Of a stretch of 64,000 bases of DNA, positions 1-11,801 are shown piece after piece. The translations under genes were made by a program, and so were the position numbers. Below the pieces are notes generated by a model. That model was given only the letters and a program-made list of their open reading frames with translations. It searched no databases and was not told the DNA's origin. How positions within the stretch are numbered: the stretch's first letter is position 1; each line of letters opens with the position of its first letter. Source of the DNA: Rhodosorus marinus CCMP1338. Taxonomy: Eukaryota; Plantae; Rhodophyta. The stretch is from positions 992,001 to 1,056,000 of the forward strand of contig JAMWBK010000005.1 of assembly GCA_029953675.1 (NCBI GenBank), given 5' to 3'.

Positions 1-69
1 GCGCATCCCTAGCACTGCATTCAGTAGTTGGAGTAAACGGTAAAAGGTGGAGTAAACGGTATAAGCTTG

Positions 70-108
70 CTTTACGCCCTGCATAGCGCTTAAGGCTATG
101 TTAGTGAA
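70..108 (+). mobile_element. Isolated 3' tail of non-LTR retrotransposon family A
   Basis: ctttacgccctgcatagcgcttaaggctatg matches the family A 3' UTR (tttcacgccttgcgtagcgcttcaggctatg) seen at about 8300, 9150, 10300 and 20130. Confidence 0.6.
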
Positions 109-559
109 ACGATAGTGGACCGCTATTCAGGCTTTGAATAAATGGATGACACAAATGTCCCGGAGTCAATCATGCGAAGTCGTTTTACTGGGGAGGAGAG
201 GACATTCAAGAGCAGCAGATCCCCGAGATTTCCGGGATATTTGGTGTCGGGCCGGGTTTGTCCATCTCGGCATCCCCTATCGGTCCGCGTCGTTCGTGGA
301 GGGTGAGTTGTCGCAGATTCTGAGTAAGCACCGGCGGCTGGTCTCGGAGCTCCGTCGGCTTCCTAGTGGCTTCCTCAATGCTCGTTGTTGCTTCATCGAT
401 ACTGTTTAAGTGAGCGGCTCACCTGTTGGTTCCGCTCGCTCCCAACTTACAGGGGCCGGTGGCTGACAACTCGTGCCGACGGCGGGAGCTTTGGTGAGCT
501 CGGATATTCTTAGATGAGGAACTGGGTTATCTTCCGCGCCCCACCCATTATGTCGTTCC

Positions 560-1865
560 CAAGTGGGCCTTCCCCTACGTGTGGGCGGTCTAGGCCTCTG
601 CAGCCGAGCTGCTATTCAACCAGCGGCCGTGGTCGGGTCTTGGGGCACCGCCTTCCCGACGTTGAGCGCGTTGGGCGTGTCCAGTTGCCTTGTTTTGGAG
701 GTCAGTCTTTCCACTGATGATCTACACTCTAGTGTCCCTGAAAGTACCCGTGGTTTGTTTCTCGAGCTCCAGTCGGCGGTCTCATCCTGTACCAGTCTCC
801 CTGCCGACCTGCAACCACGCCTGGCTGGCTGGTGAGCCGTTTTTTTTTGCGAGCTCGCGGCCCCCCGACCCGAGAAGCCGCCGGTCCTGTTCCTGTGGTG
901 GATGAAGAAACGGAGGTCCCTCGCGATCCTCCGGATGCTGGACTGGGCTCTGGGAGTTGCGTTTCCGCACGCACGGATGCGCTGCAAAACACTCTTTCTT
1001 GGGACTTGTACCGTGCTGCTTGTGGCCGACTCCTTTTCCAGTGCCCGCGCACGCCTGCGAAGTCTGGGGGGCTGTCTCGGCTCTCAATGGCTCACCAGAG
1101 TTCCAAATTTTCCACCCCTCACGCTAGCGTTTTTTTGACGTGCGCACTTCCCTGCGCTTGTATCTAGGATTGCATCAGCCGCCCTCGCCTTCCGAGATCG
1201 GTTCGCCCTGCACTATACGCTCTCAGAACGAATACACCGCGGATTTCGGCGCTCACCTGCTCGCCAGTTGCCCGCCTGTGAAAGGCGCCCGAACCCGCCG
1301 ATATACGCGGATCTTGAACCAATTGTACCGCGAACTTCGGCGTGTAGTACTGCAAGCCGGTCTTGAAATTGAACGTGAGAAGCCCCTGCCTGGCGCAGAC
1401 TACGACAATAACGAACCTCAAGTGGCTGGCCTCGTGGTCACCTGTGACGATAGCCGCCGTACGACGTAAGTTGATCTTGCTGTTCCTAACCCTCACTCTA
1501 GTCGTTATTTGCCGGCTACGGAAGAGCGCCTTGGATTTGCCGCTGCCATTATGAGAGGTCTCGAAGAGGTGAAATATATGGGGGCTTTATCTTCCCCAGG
1601 CATTCGTGCTTCGTCTCTAGCTCATTACCTGGTACTTCTGGTCACTGAGTGCTTTGGATGGATTCCGTTGGTTCTCGTTGGCTTCGGGAGTTGTTCCGCG
1701 GACGCCCTGACCGTCTATCCTCGTTGTTTATCCGATAACGTTTCTTGCTGTGGCGTACGAACGCTGCTTTGATGTTGGAGGTGCGCGGTCTTCGCCGCAA
1801 CATAGTCCGTTTTTCCTTTCAGGGTTTCTTCTTTCAGTCTCCGATTAAGCAGATTCATTCAATGT
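560..1865 (+). mobile_element. 5'-truncated RLE non-LTR retrotransposon, family B (thumb, CCHC knuckle, RLE, 3' UTR), frameshifted
   Basis: Reads ARLRSLGGCLGSQWLTRVP..LRLYLGL..CTIR..FGAHLLASC..RTRRYTR..VAGLVV..(Y)VDLAVPNP..VKY; ends in the family B tail cagtctccgattaagcagattcattcaat. Confidence 0.8.
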
Positions 1866-1924
1866 AACATAGGAAGAAGAAGATTGAAAATCCTATCAAT
1901 AACAGTGATTGATTGAGGAAATTA

Positions 1925-2235
1925 GTAGTTTAATCTGAAAGAAAAAACCCTGAAAGAAAAAGGGACTAGGCGCGGCAAAGACCCCTCGCCTCCAACTTCA
2001 AAGCAGCGTTCATACCCACGACAAGAAACATTATCGGGTAAAAAACGAGGAAAGGCGGTCAGCGTGTTCGCGGAACAACTCCCAAAGCCGACGAGAACCA
2101 ACGGAATCCATCAACCCATGCACCAAATGACTAGAGATGCCAGGCGATGAGCTAGAGCCGAAGCACGAGTGCCTGGGGAAGACAAAGCCCCTGCATATTT
2201 CACCTCTGCGACATGTCAAACTAGCAGCGCGCCGC
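1925..2235 (-). mobile_element. Family B 3' fragment, tail-to-tail with the copy at 560-1865
   Basis: Minus strand reads GLMDSVGSRRLWELFREHADRLSSFFTR, followed by the family B 3' UTR. Confidence 0.75.
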
Positions 2236-2493
2236 ACTCTCTGGCATTGAGGAATATCGGACGTCTCTGAGTCGTATCGGACTGAACCCGTTTTTAATTT
2301 TAAATTCAAGGCTACTACACCTATACCGGACACATGCCGGATGATAAAGCACCTAATTCTTGGGAATTTCAGGTCCAATTATCTTATATCAGACTGTCTG
2401 ATAAATATTGGACGGTTGTTTTGATATCTGACGGAGATGACAATCCTACTAGGATCCCGTGCAAGTGTACCGGAGAATCAAAGCAGAATTGTC

Positions 2494-2580
2494 GTGGAGT
2501 ACAAGTCCACCCTATCTGGGGTGGAGTACAGTCCACCTATCTGGGGTGGAGTACAGTCCACCTATCTGGGGTGGAGTACA
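2494..2580. repeat. 25-bp tandem repeat (GTGGAGTACAGTCCACCTATCTGGG), about 3.4 copies
   Basis: Units at 2494 (27-bp variant), 2521, 2546 and a partial at 2571; each can form a GGTGGA/TCCACC stem. Confidence 0.9.
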
Positions 2581-2759
2581 CTTCCGGATGTATCGAGACA
2601 TAGTCACGGCATTGGGAGCGTTTGGTGACGACGCTTTTGAAAGCTCTGATTGGGCAGGCTCTGAAAAGTGCTTAGTAAGCTCCAGTTACGTTCACACCTC
2701 TCGAACATGCACCCGATGATCCTATATCAAATTCAGAAGTTTAAAAAAAAAAAGCTCGA

Positions 2760-2980
2760 ACGGGTCTGGAGAGTACTAAGGTCCCTGACCTCGGGAACGC
2801 CAGGTGACGCACCTTCCGCGAACGCCCTGACCGTCTGTGCTCGCTGTTTACTCTTTTAAGCTTCTTACTGTGGCGTATGAACGCTGCTTTGATGTTGGAG
2901 GCGCGCCATCTTCGCCGCGCTTAGTCTTTTTTTCGCCTCGGGTTTTTTTTTCTTCGGGCCCCAATTAAATAAATTCATTC
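2760..2980 (+). mobile_element. Family B 3' fragment
   Basis: gaacgccctgaccgtc..tggcgtatgaacgctgctttgatgttggaggcgcgc..aattcattc matches the other B copies. Confidence 0.75.
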
Positions 2981-3105
2981 CGGTGGAGGGTACCAAGCTC
3001 AACCCACCGCAAGAGGGTTGAGGAGGTGTGAACTGGCAGCTGTGGGTTTGCTGACAAGACCGGGTGGTGATAGAGCGGGGAACTTGTCAACGGAGTGGCG
3101 GAGAG

Positions 3106-4488
3106 ATGGCCATGATGGTGGTAGGGCTGTTGGTTCTGGGCTTGTGCCTGGGCAGTGGGGTTGGGTCTGAGTCTACGGTTAATGAGCTGGCGGAGGGCAG
3201 GCAGGCTGTGAGGAGGTGTAAAGCGGACTATTCAGACTTTGACAGGATTGTAGACATTCCAGGACTGTCGATCGTTCCCAGCTTCCTGGGGGACGCTGAT
3301 CGGACTCTTGGGCAGATTCTGGTGCGGTCGATGTTCAACGAAGATTTCAACAAGCTCAAGTTCGAAATCAGGATTAGGGAGCGGTTTGCCGTGAAGAGAG
3401 TTCAGACCTACGCGTTCCGAAAGCCGTGCGATCAGGTGCGTGACCAAGACTACTCGCACGTCGCCAAGGAGATCTACTACGGATCAGGAAAGCAGAATGT
3501 GAAGTCGTACTTCAACCTGGACACGCTGCCTTCAAAGGGCGGACTCAGCTGTTGCAGACTGTGCTTTTACTTCCAGGCGCTGTTCTACGACTCGGACGGG
3601 AAGAGGGTGCGGATCACTGAGGAGAGCATAAGGACTGAGAATGGCTACGTGTGCAAGGTGGGAGGACGTGACCGAATCTACTGCGATCTACCCGATATCT
3701 GCGTGAACATCGTCCACGGAACTAGGGGGGACGACGTGATCCATGGAACTGAAGGTAGAGATTACATCTACGGTCTGGACGGAAACGACAAAATCTACGG
3801 GAAGGGCGGAGACGATGCTATTCACGGCGATGACGGCGATGATATGATCTTTGGTGGAGAAGGCGACGATGTGATCCACGGTGGTTACAACGATGACATG
3901 ATCTTCGGTGGAGAAGGGGACGATCGATTGGACGCCGGCTATGGCTATGATCGTCTCTATGGTGAGGGTGGCGTGGACTATCTTAGAGGGGGAATGGGGA
4001 ATGACTACCTCAAGGATGAGTCAGACGATGGACCCGAAGGCGAGTTTGACAATATATTTGTTAGCAACTACGGAGCCGATATTTTCATTGGTGGAGCGGG
4101 TGATGACTCTATGTACTCGAGACGCGGCAACCATGTTATGAGAGGGTATGGCGGAGATGACAGAATGTTTATTCTCTACGGAGGAGGCAGCTTTTACGGC
4201 GGTGATGGTGACGATGTGATCATCGGCGGGCTAGAATATGACATAATCGAAGGGGGAGCTGGAAACGATCGTCTGGAGGGCGGGGCTAGTAGAGACCATA
4301 TCCACGGCGGGCCTGGTGACGACGAACTTCACGGCAACCGCAAGGGCAGGATAAACGATGGGGATGGCGACTATCTCTACGGGGAGGAAGGAGACGACTA
4401 TCTGACCGGCGAGAAGAATCGTGACCTGCTTGACGGAGGTTCGGGCAATAATAAGTACTTGACGGAGGACGGAATGTACTATGGCTGA
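3106..4488 (+). CDS. Secreted protein: signal peptide, Cys-rich N-domain, about 25 RTX/hemolysin-type Ca-binding nonapeptide repeats
   Basis: Intronless ORF (track 3064-4488; likely ATG at 3106, MAMMVVGLLVLGLCLGSGVG). The C-terminal half is GGxGxDxL-type repeats (FGGEGDDVI, RGGMGNDYL, EGGAGNDRL, HGGPGDDEL). Confidence 0.85.
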   Translation: MAMMVVGLLVLGLCLGSGVGSESTVNELAEGRQAVRRCKADYSDFDRIVDIPGLSIVPSFLGDADRTLGQILVRSMFNEDFNKLKFEIRIRERFAVKRVQTYAFRKPCDQVRDQDYSHVAKEIYYGSGKQNVKSYFNLDTLPSKGGLSCCRLCFYFQALFYDSDGKRVRITEESIRTENGYVCKVGGRDRIYCDLPDICVNIVHGTRGDDVIHGTEGRDYIYGLDGNDKIYGKGGDDAIHGDDGDDMIFGGEGDDVIHGGYNDDMIFGGEGDDRLDAGYGYDRLYGEGGVDYLRGGMGNDYLKDESDDGPEGEFDNIFVSNYGADIFIGGAGDDSMYSRRGNHVMRGYGGDDRMFILYGGGSFYGGDGDDVIIGGLEYDIIEGGAGNDRLEGGASRDHIHGGPGDDELHGNRKGRINDGDGDYLYGEEGDDYLTGEKNRDLLDGGSGNNKYLTEDGMYYG

Positions 4489-4840
4489 GCCTTTTGCGCT
4501 GCTGGACGAGTTCGAGCTGGACGAAAAGCGCTTCCAGGGTTTCAAACCGCATCGTCGCGCTTCTGTGCGAGTGTGTATGACTGCACAAAGACAGCGGTGT
4601 ACAAGCACAGGTGAGCAGAAACATTGTGGTGGGTGTTTCGGCTACGAGGGTTCGCTGGGATGTCGATGTTCGAACAGCTGGCCGAGGCTGAATCCACCCA
4701 CCGCTATCCATCCAGCTCTTCTTCATATGCAAATAAACGAAAAATCCGATTTTCCCTTTCCTAAATTCGATGGTACTTGCTTCTTGCCCCTGCCAGCAAG
4801 CACCAGATCTCGTGCGACATGCTGCAGTATATGCGGACGA

Positions 4841-5028
4841 AGACCCTTGGAAGGATATAGAGTAGTGGGTGGTTTTATTATCATAGCCTGAAGCGCCACG
4901 CAGGGCGGGAAAGGGAACTAGGAACTAGGGAGCGCCGAGACCCTTGGAAGGATATAGAGTAGTGGATGGTTTTATTAGCATAGCTTGAAGCGCCACGCAG
5001 GGCGGGAAAGGGAACTAGGAACGAGGGA
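4841..5028 (-). repeat. 97-bp-period tandem duplication containing the family A 3' tail
   Basis: agacccttggaaggatatagagtagt..catagcctgaagcgccacgcagggcgggaaagggaactagg starts at 4841 and again at 4938. Confidence 0.85.
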
Positions 5029-5029
5029 G

Positions 5030-6500
5030 AGAAGCGTGCAAACCCAGGCGGCGATGGCGCGCCGCGGCAAGCATGCTGACTAGAATATCGCCGGAGAGCG
5101 ACGCTTCAACGGTGTAGGAATCCCAGACATTGGTGGTTTTACTAAAATGATGCGCCAGGCAAGACGTAAAAGGGAACTGAGGAGAAGAGCATGCAAGCCC
5201 AGGCGGCGGTGCGCGCCATCGGCGAGAATGTTGCTAGAATCCCGCCAGAGAGCGACACATAAACGGCGAAAGGGCACCAGATATTCTTCTCGGCGAAACG
5301 TTTGCGCAGCCACTCCAAGCTTGAATTTTCCAGATACCCAAAGCTTTCCAGAATGAAAGGCTGGAACCTGTGAGACCGGCCAACTTCCCGCGGAAGACCC
5401 GCCGTGCTCTCAGCGTACCGTCGTTCCTTCAGGCGGGCGGCGAAGTACAGAAGCTGCCGCCCCCCCTGCGGACGCGTCAGAAGGGAGATAGTTACCGGAC
5501 ACGGGGCAACTCACAGCGAGGTCCACATATGCGAGCGCCGGCGGCTGCGTCCGATACCAGGAGATCTGCGATGCAACGAGGAGGGGTGGTTGCGGAGGGC
5601 GTTCGGCGTTCGAGGCAGTGCCGATTCCACCTCGACCTTGTAGCCAGTTCTTGTCAAGTGTTTGCTCAGGATGCATTTCAGGTGCGTGTGTGTCTTCGTG
5701 CGATGACCTCGCAGCAGTCTACACGAGCCCAGAAAATGGTACCCACGTCCGTCGATACGGCTCGCATAACCTTGGCAGAAGGAAGGGCGATTGAATGCGA
5801 AGGGGTCTGTGGCAAACCCAGGTAGATCCGTGCCTCGGTCCGGAACTGGAAGGCGTCCAGTCTCTAGGCCGGTGGCCAGGGCAGAGTGGTTAGCGTAGGT
5901 GGGATGGATGAACTCCCATGCCCCGTGGAGAAGCCGCGGTGGTAGGCGCTCTAAGTGGAGAGTTGAGCAAGATTGCTTGAGCAGCACTGTGTTTGCCGTA
6001 GGAGAGATATGTTGGATCACATAGTGCCTGAGATCGACGATCTGCTCATAACCGGATAATCGGCTTTGTTTGACCAGGGGCTGCTTCCAAATCGTCGGCC
6101 ACGATTAACCGTAGATTCCACTAAAACCTCATTGTGACCCCATAGCTCTCCCTCCAGGAATTGAACTTTGATCGATTCTCTTCCGGTACAGCATTACACT
6201 GACGAAACGCCTGTTGCAGGCCGTCATGAGTAGAAGTAGGAGTGTTGGCGATGGCTATTCGTACCGAACCCGATGTTCTAGGAGTAGGGGACACTCCAAG
6301 TTGCCAAATGGCTATTCCTACCAAACTCGATGTTCTAGGAGTAGGGGACTCCAAGTTGCTTGCAAAGGTGCAGAAGAACTGTGTACGTGAGAAGGTAATT
6401 TCTTCATACATCTTGGTCCAAGATCGCTGTGGAAGAGTGTACGTTGGAGACCATAAAGGCAAGTTATCTGCTGGGCGGGTTTCGAGGTATTTCTCTTGAT
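5030..6500 (-). mobile_element. Decayed family A fragments (RLE region and thumb region)
   Basis: Minus strand reads YHFLGSCRLLRGHRTKTHTHLKCILSK..VEVESALPR and HDGLQQAFRQCNAVPEENRSKFNSWRE, homologous to the 20311-21660 protein. Confidence 0.7.
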
Positions 6501-6514
6501 TTTGACAAGCTCTT

Positions 6515-6845
6515 ATTCTCCCTTCTGCCGCTCTCCACAGGCGGCCAGGAGCTTCTGTACTTCGTCGGGTGAAGGAACGGCGGTACGCTGAGAGCATGGC
6601 CTTCCCCGGGAAGAGGGCCGCTTGCCCAGGTTCCAGCCTTTCATTGTGGAAACCTTTGGGCATCTCAAAAATTCAAGCTTGGAGTGGCTACGTAAGTGTT
6701 TTACCGAACATCCTGAAGAATATCTGGTGCTCTTCCGCAGTTTAAGTACGCACTCTGGCGGTATTCTAGCAACATGAACGCCGAGGCGCGCCACCGTCGT
6801 CTGGGCTTACATGGTCTTCTTCCTAGTCCCTAGTTTCCTTTCACG
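6515..6845 (+). mobile_element. Family A RLE C-terminal fragment
   Basis: gtgaaggaacggcggtacgctgagagcatggcc..ttccagcctttcattgtggaaacctttggg (VKERRYAESMA..FQPFIVETFG). Confidence 0.75.
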
Positions 6846-6859
6846 TCTTGAGTTAGGCG

Positions 6860-7716
6860 CCTGTCCAACCCTACGATGAAAGTCTCGAACAGCCGGCATC
6901 GTCTTTGTTCCCGTTCGTCTGACGTTGACGTGCTCCCTGAATTCGCGTCATTTTTGGACCGTCCGGAGTTGGCCAGGTTCCGTATCGACCTGACGCTCCG
7001 AGAGTCTGATTTTGAGGATTTGCTCCGGACCTCCCGTCGTGGACGATGCCCTGGACCCTCCGGGCTACGAAAGGAATAGTTACAGGCCTTAAGCAAGCCC
7101 GGCCAGAGCGCATTTGTGAAGATCCTCAATACGCTGTTCCAGGGTCCAGGGGGTGCGTCTGCCGCGTGAGACCATCTGCGACGGGCACGGCTTTGCTTGC
7201 TAACGAAACCCGACCAGCAGCCGGCACACCTTCGTCTCCGGCCGATCGGTATGGTCGAGAGCCTACGGAAGTTAGCCGGGAGGTGGCTATGCCAGCGCCT
7301 TCGCCAGCGGGTCACAGCTTTTATGGCACCTTTGCTGGTGGGGGTGGGATTTTCCGGGGGCTGCGAGCTGATCACCAATGCGATCGAGCTGGAGCGAGCC
7401 AGTAGGACGGACTGGGGAGTTTTGGTCGTTGATTTTCGGAACGCATTCAACGGCGTCTCGCGTACGCATGCGTTAGAGGTGATTCGCCGCTTTTTCCCGG
7501 AGGCGCGGGCTTTCTATCCTGTCTTTACGGAGGGGGTAGCAGAGCCTACCCTACTTGACAACGACGGGCACAGTTTTTGACGCACATACGGGAGTCCATC
7601 AAGGCGATCCTTCTGGGCCTGTCCTACACGCCTGTGCCTTGCAGCTTGTTCTCCTGCGTCTTGCGACTGAGGTGCCGGATCTTCCTATCTGCGCCTATCA
7701 CGACGACGTAACGTAG
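6860..7716 (+). mobile_element. Decayed reverse transcriptase fragment (domains about 0-5) of a CRE-like non-LTR element
   Basis: CPGPSG, LRPIGMVESLRKL, VGVGFSGGCE, VDFRNAFNGVSR, then after a frameshift GVHQGDPSGP..CAYHDDVT; contains stops and frameshifts. Confidence 0.85.
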
Positions 7717-9200
7717 CTGTGGCCACCACTTCTTTGGTTCATGCGGACTGTTGGGAGATCTTCGTACGAGGCGTCACACTCGCTTCAAGTATATCCTCAG
7801 CGAATGTTTGAATCGAGTAGGGCACACGCGTGAGGTAGAATCGGGACTGCCCAGATCGGTCCCGGACACGGCGCCGCCCAGCGATACCCCAGATCTCCTC
7901 GTCTCCGACACTGCCGCTAGACGCTCAGCATATGTGGAGCTCGCGATCACACGCCCTGTGGCAAGCGCCCATCTCACTGCTGCCGCACGCCGCCGGGGGG
8001 TCAGCCGCGTCGGCCTTTCGTCCAGTGAAGGAACGACGGCATGCTGAGAGTATGCCAGTCTGCCTCGCGCAAAGGGTCGCTCCCACCGGCTCCAGCCTTT
8101 CATTGTGGAAAGCTTTGTTCGCGTGGAGTAGTTGGGTTTTGAGTGGTTCCGGAAATGTTTCACTGAGCATCCTGTTGAATACTTGGAACTCTTACGCCGT
8201 TTAAGAGTCTCTCTCTGGCGATAGTCTAGCAGCACGCTTGCCGAGGCGCGCCATCGGCGCCTGGGTTTGCACGCTTCCCTACCTAGTTCTTAGTTCCTTT
8301 TCACGCCTTGCTTAGCGCTTTAGGCTATGCCAATAAAAACTAATCTTGCTCAACTCTCCCGTCATATCGCCTACCACCGCCGCTCGCCTCCGCGGCATCG
8401 GAGGCACATTGTCGCACTTGTGGTTAACCACGCTGCATTCGTCACTGAGTCACCGTCTCGATGCCTTTCAGTTCCGCTCTGCTGCAAAGATCTATCTGGG
8501 TTTGCCACAAGCTCCGTGGCACTCTAATCGGCCGTCTTTCTGTCAGGGATGTGAGGGTCGGATCGATGCTTGTGGTTACCGCTTCTTAGGTTCATGTGGA
8601 CTGTTGAGAGGTCTTCGTACGAGGGTTCACACTCGCTTCAAGTACATTCTCAGCGAATGTTTGACTCGGGTAGGGCATACGGTTGAGATGGAATCGGAAC
8701 TACCCAGATCGGTCTCGGATAGGGCACCGCCCCGCTGTCTCGCAGATCTCCTCGTCTCCGATGCTGCCGCCAGACGCTCAGCATATGTTGACCTCGCGAT
8801 CACATGCCCTGTGGCAAGCGCCCATCTCACGGCTGCCGCCCGCTGCCGGGGAGCAGCGGCTTCGGCCCTTCGTCGCGTGAAGGAACGACGATATGCTTAG
8901 AGTATGGCCAGTCTGCCTCGCGTTGATGGTCGCTCCCACCGGTTCCAGCCTTTCATTGTGGAAAGCTTTGGTCACGTGGAGAAGTCGGGTTTGGAGTGGT
9001 TGCGGAAATGTTTTACTGAGCATCCTGCTGAATACTTGGAACCTTTGCGGCGTTTAAGTGTCTCCCGGCGGCGATATTCGAGTACCATGCTCGCCGAGGC
9101 GCGCCATAGGCGCCTGGGTTTGAACGTTTCCCTACCTAGTTCTTAGTTCCTTTTCACGCCTTGCGTAGCGCTTCAGGCTATGCTTATAAAGCCAATAAAA
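7717..9200 (+). mobile_element. Two head-to-tail family A 3' portions (about 7717-8340 and 8345-9200)
   Basis: RTRRHTRFKYILSECL..PDLLVSD..YVELAITRP; CQGC..GYRFLGSC..ADLLVSD..YVDLAITCP..KERRYA; both end in ggctatg followed by an A-rich aataaaa stretch. Confidence 0.85.
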
Positions 9201-9942
9201 ACCGGTAAAACGACCACTTACAACTTCCCCGTTGCGCGACCGACGGGTGTCGATGGTTTCAATCAACGACACATATTGATTGATATTCAATCTTCTTCTT
9301 CTTTCTGCACGGTGTTGTTAAAAGTCAATATCCGCCAAAACTGTCATGCGCAAAACCCAACAAGTCGTTTCTTACGCTAAATCGGAAACTAGAATCTCAA
9401 CTGTTCTAGCTTCCAAAACGACACCCTACAAGCTCGACTACACCGAGATCGATTGTCTGATGAGCGCATGTTAGGACTTGTCTCAGAGTAGTAGACACAG
9501 CTTGGGAAAGAAAGGTTGCATGATGACAAAACACACCTGGCAGGCCTCTGGTCAACAATTTCGACACTAAAAAATTTGCCGCTATAAAGTGTCTCTCGCA
9601 CTGATGGGCAGATAGCCCTGATCATTCACGATGATTGTTGTTGAATATTCTCAAACACCCAAGCAATCAACAACCCTTACAGCCTGTCGTGAAACGAGTT
9701 GACTTGTCCTTTGGGGAATCGCACGAGTAAAATTTTCTGCACCTGGGGTTCTATTGGTTTTTTTCATTATCACTCAAGTCCGAAAGAGTTCTTACGTGTT
9801 TGCCTTTTTGGAAAGCCAAGTTCCCCTCCCACCCCACCCCACCGCACCCCACCCCCCGGGCCTGTCTTTCTCTGTATCTCTACAGGCGTTCCGCGCCCTC
9901 TTTCTAAACGCATGTTCCCCATTGGATTATTGCTACCAATTA

Positions 9943-10500
9943 ATTGAATGAATTTGTTTAATCGGAGACTGACAGAAAAACCCAATTATTAGTTCGGGGG
10001 GCAGCAGCTTCTGTACTTCCCCGACTGAAGGAACGACGGTATGCTGGGAATATGTTTTCCACGCGCAGAGGGCCGTTCTCATAGGTTCCAGCCTTTCATT
10101 GTGGAATGCTTTGGTCATCGGTAGAAGTCCAGCTTGGAGTAGCTGCGGAAATGGTTTACGGACCATCCAGTTGAATGTTTGGGACTCCTGCGCCGGTTAA
10201 GTGTAGATGTCAGGCGATATTCTAGCAGCATGGTCGCCGAGGCGCGCCATCGTCGCCTGGGTTTTGCACGCTTTTCTCCTTAATTTCTAGTCCCTTTCAC
10301 ACCCTGCGTAACGCTTCAGGCTATGCTAGCCAATCCATCCATCCAGTAAATCCATCCCGAAGAATGTCTGGTGCTCCTCCGCAGTTTAAGTGCCGCTCGC
10401 TGGCGTTCTTCTAGCAACATGCTTGCCGAAACCTGCCATATGCACCGCCTGGGCTTGCATGCTCTTCTCCTAGTCCCTAGTTTCGTTTACTTCTTCCGTA
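9943..10500. mobile_element. Cluster of short relics: B tail (-) at 9943-9982, A fragments (+) at about 10000-10330 and 10345-10500
   Basis: Direct nucleotide similarity to the B tail and to the A RLE and 3' UTR. Confidence 0.7.
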
Positions 10501-10617
10501 AAGCCACTAGGAAATCCATCCATTATTAATGCATTCCGTTCGTTAAAAAAAGAAGAGACGCCACCAATGAATTCTCAATACCAATGTGAATGCAATGATA
10601 TATGCCCAAATTGTTAA

Positions 10618-10920
10618 CCCAGTTCAGTTACAATGATCAAAATTTTCGGACACTGTTCTTCTAATTTGCCAACAATTCACTCTTCCCAATACGGCTCTAA
10701 GTGAAATGAAGCAAAAGACAGGTTTTTCGGATAGTTTTCAAAAAAAACGAAGGAAACGAAAAACGTTCGTTTCGTTCGTTTTTTCGTTCGAATACCCAGT
10801 TCAGTTACAATGATCAGAATTTTCGGACACTGTTCTTCTAATTTGCAAACAATTCACTCTTCCCAATACGGCTCTAAGTGAAACGAAGCAAAAGACAAGT
10901 TTTTCGGATAGTTTTCAAAG
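10618..10920. repeat. About 126-bp near-identical direct repeat (period about 177 bp) separated by an 18-bp quasi-palindrome
   Basis: cccagttcagttacaatgatca..ggatagttttcaaa at 10618 and 10795; spacer aaaaacgaaggaaacgaa-aaacg-ttcgtttcgttcgttttt. Confidence 0.9.
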
Positions 10921-11801
10921 GGCGGCCAATTTTTGTTTTTACTATCGGTTTTCCTTTCTTCCAAATATGGCAGTCTTTTTCCAAACGAACAGCGGTGGGG
11001 GTGGACTTGAAGCCCGTGAAACAATAACTCGTTGCCAGAGTACATCATGAACGATTCCCCAACACACACATCTCCCACTCCCCCCGTCCAAAAAGAGAGT
11101 GAAAGAGGAAGCTTCACACAGACCACATCAGTATCGAAGATTTGTTCTGCACGAAAGAAGATCGACTGACAGGGACTTTTTCTCTTTTTGCGTCAGGAGT
11201 TTGGAAACCACTATCACCTTGGAGACCACATTAAGGGGCTCGCCGTTGACAACGTTCCGCAAATGCGTACCAAGGGCCCGCTCCTTTCTCTTCCAACTCC
11301 CCCCATCCACGCGAAAGTTGCAGATTGTACGAATCACCGTAGAGTTACCCTTTGACTTTGGTGGCAACCATAGTGCACACAAAAACCTCTAAGATAAGTA
11401 GAGCGTGACCGCACTTAGCGTTTAGGGGTTGGTGGTGCGGGGAACTTCCTGACCGCAATCCTGTCCCAGTTCATCGTACCCTAAGTCTTTGCACAATACA
11501 AAGCTCAAGATTTATCGATCTTACAGGAGGTCTATGGTTTACCCTCCCCATCCAATACGGTCGCTTCAAGTCCGTTGTATGTGGAGGTGCTTCACGCCAA
11601 AGGGTCTCATCAGAGATAGTTGTAAGGGGGGGTAGGTTGTGGAAAGAGCAAAAGGATATGATCTGAAGCCTATCCCTGTCGGACTGTAACCGCACTGCAC
11701 GGATCGATATTCTTGCGTAGGAATGAATGGGATGGGTATATATAAACGCTGTGAAGAGGTTCAAAGGCAGTATGGGCGTACATGGAGTGACAGGCAACAG
11801 T

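Noticed and set aside
712-760. Hammerhead core CTGATGA..GAAA (also ctgatgag at about 9437)
   Set aside because: Stem II is not closed by a base pair at 712, GAAA is absent at 9437, and the first lies inside a retroelement coding frame.
2494-2580. CRISPR-like array (GTGGAGTACA repeats with spacers)
   Set aside because: The spacers are identical, the repeat is only 10 bp, there are no cas genes and the context is eukaryotic; it is a plain tandem repeat.
6360-6500. GIY-YIG-like motif YILVQDRCGRVYVG (Penelope endonuclease)
   Set aside because: It lies antisense to a decayed family A thumb region (SWTKMYEEITF resembles SWATALRTLVTF) and lacks the downstream conserved Arg/His/Glu pattern.
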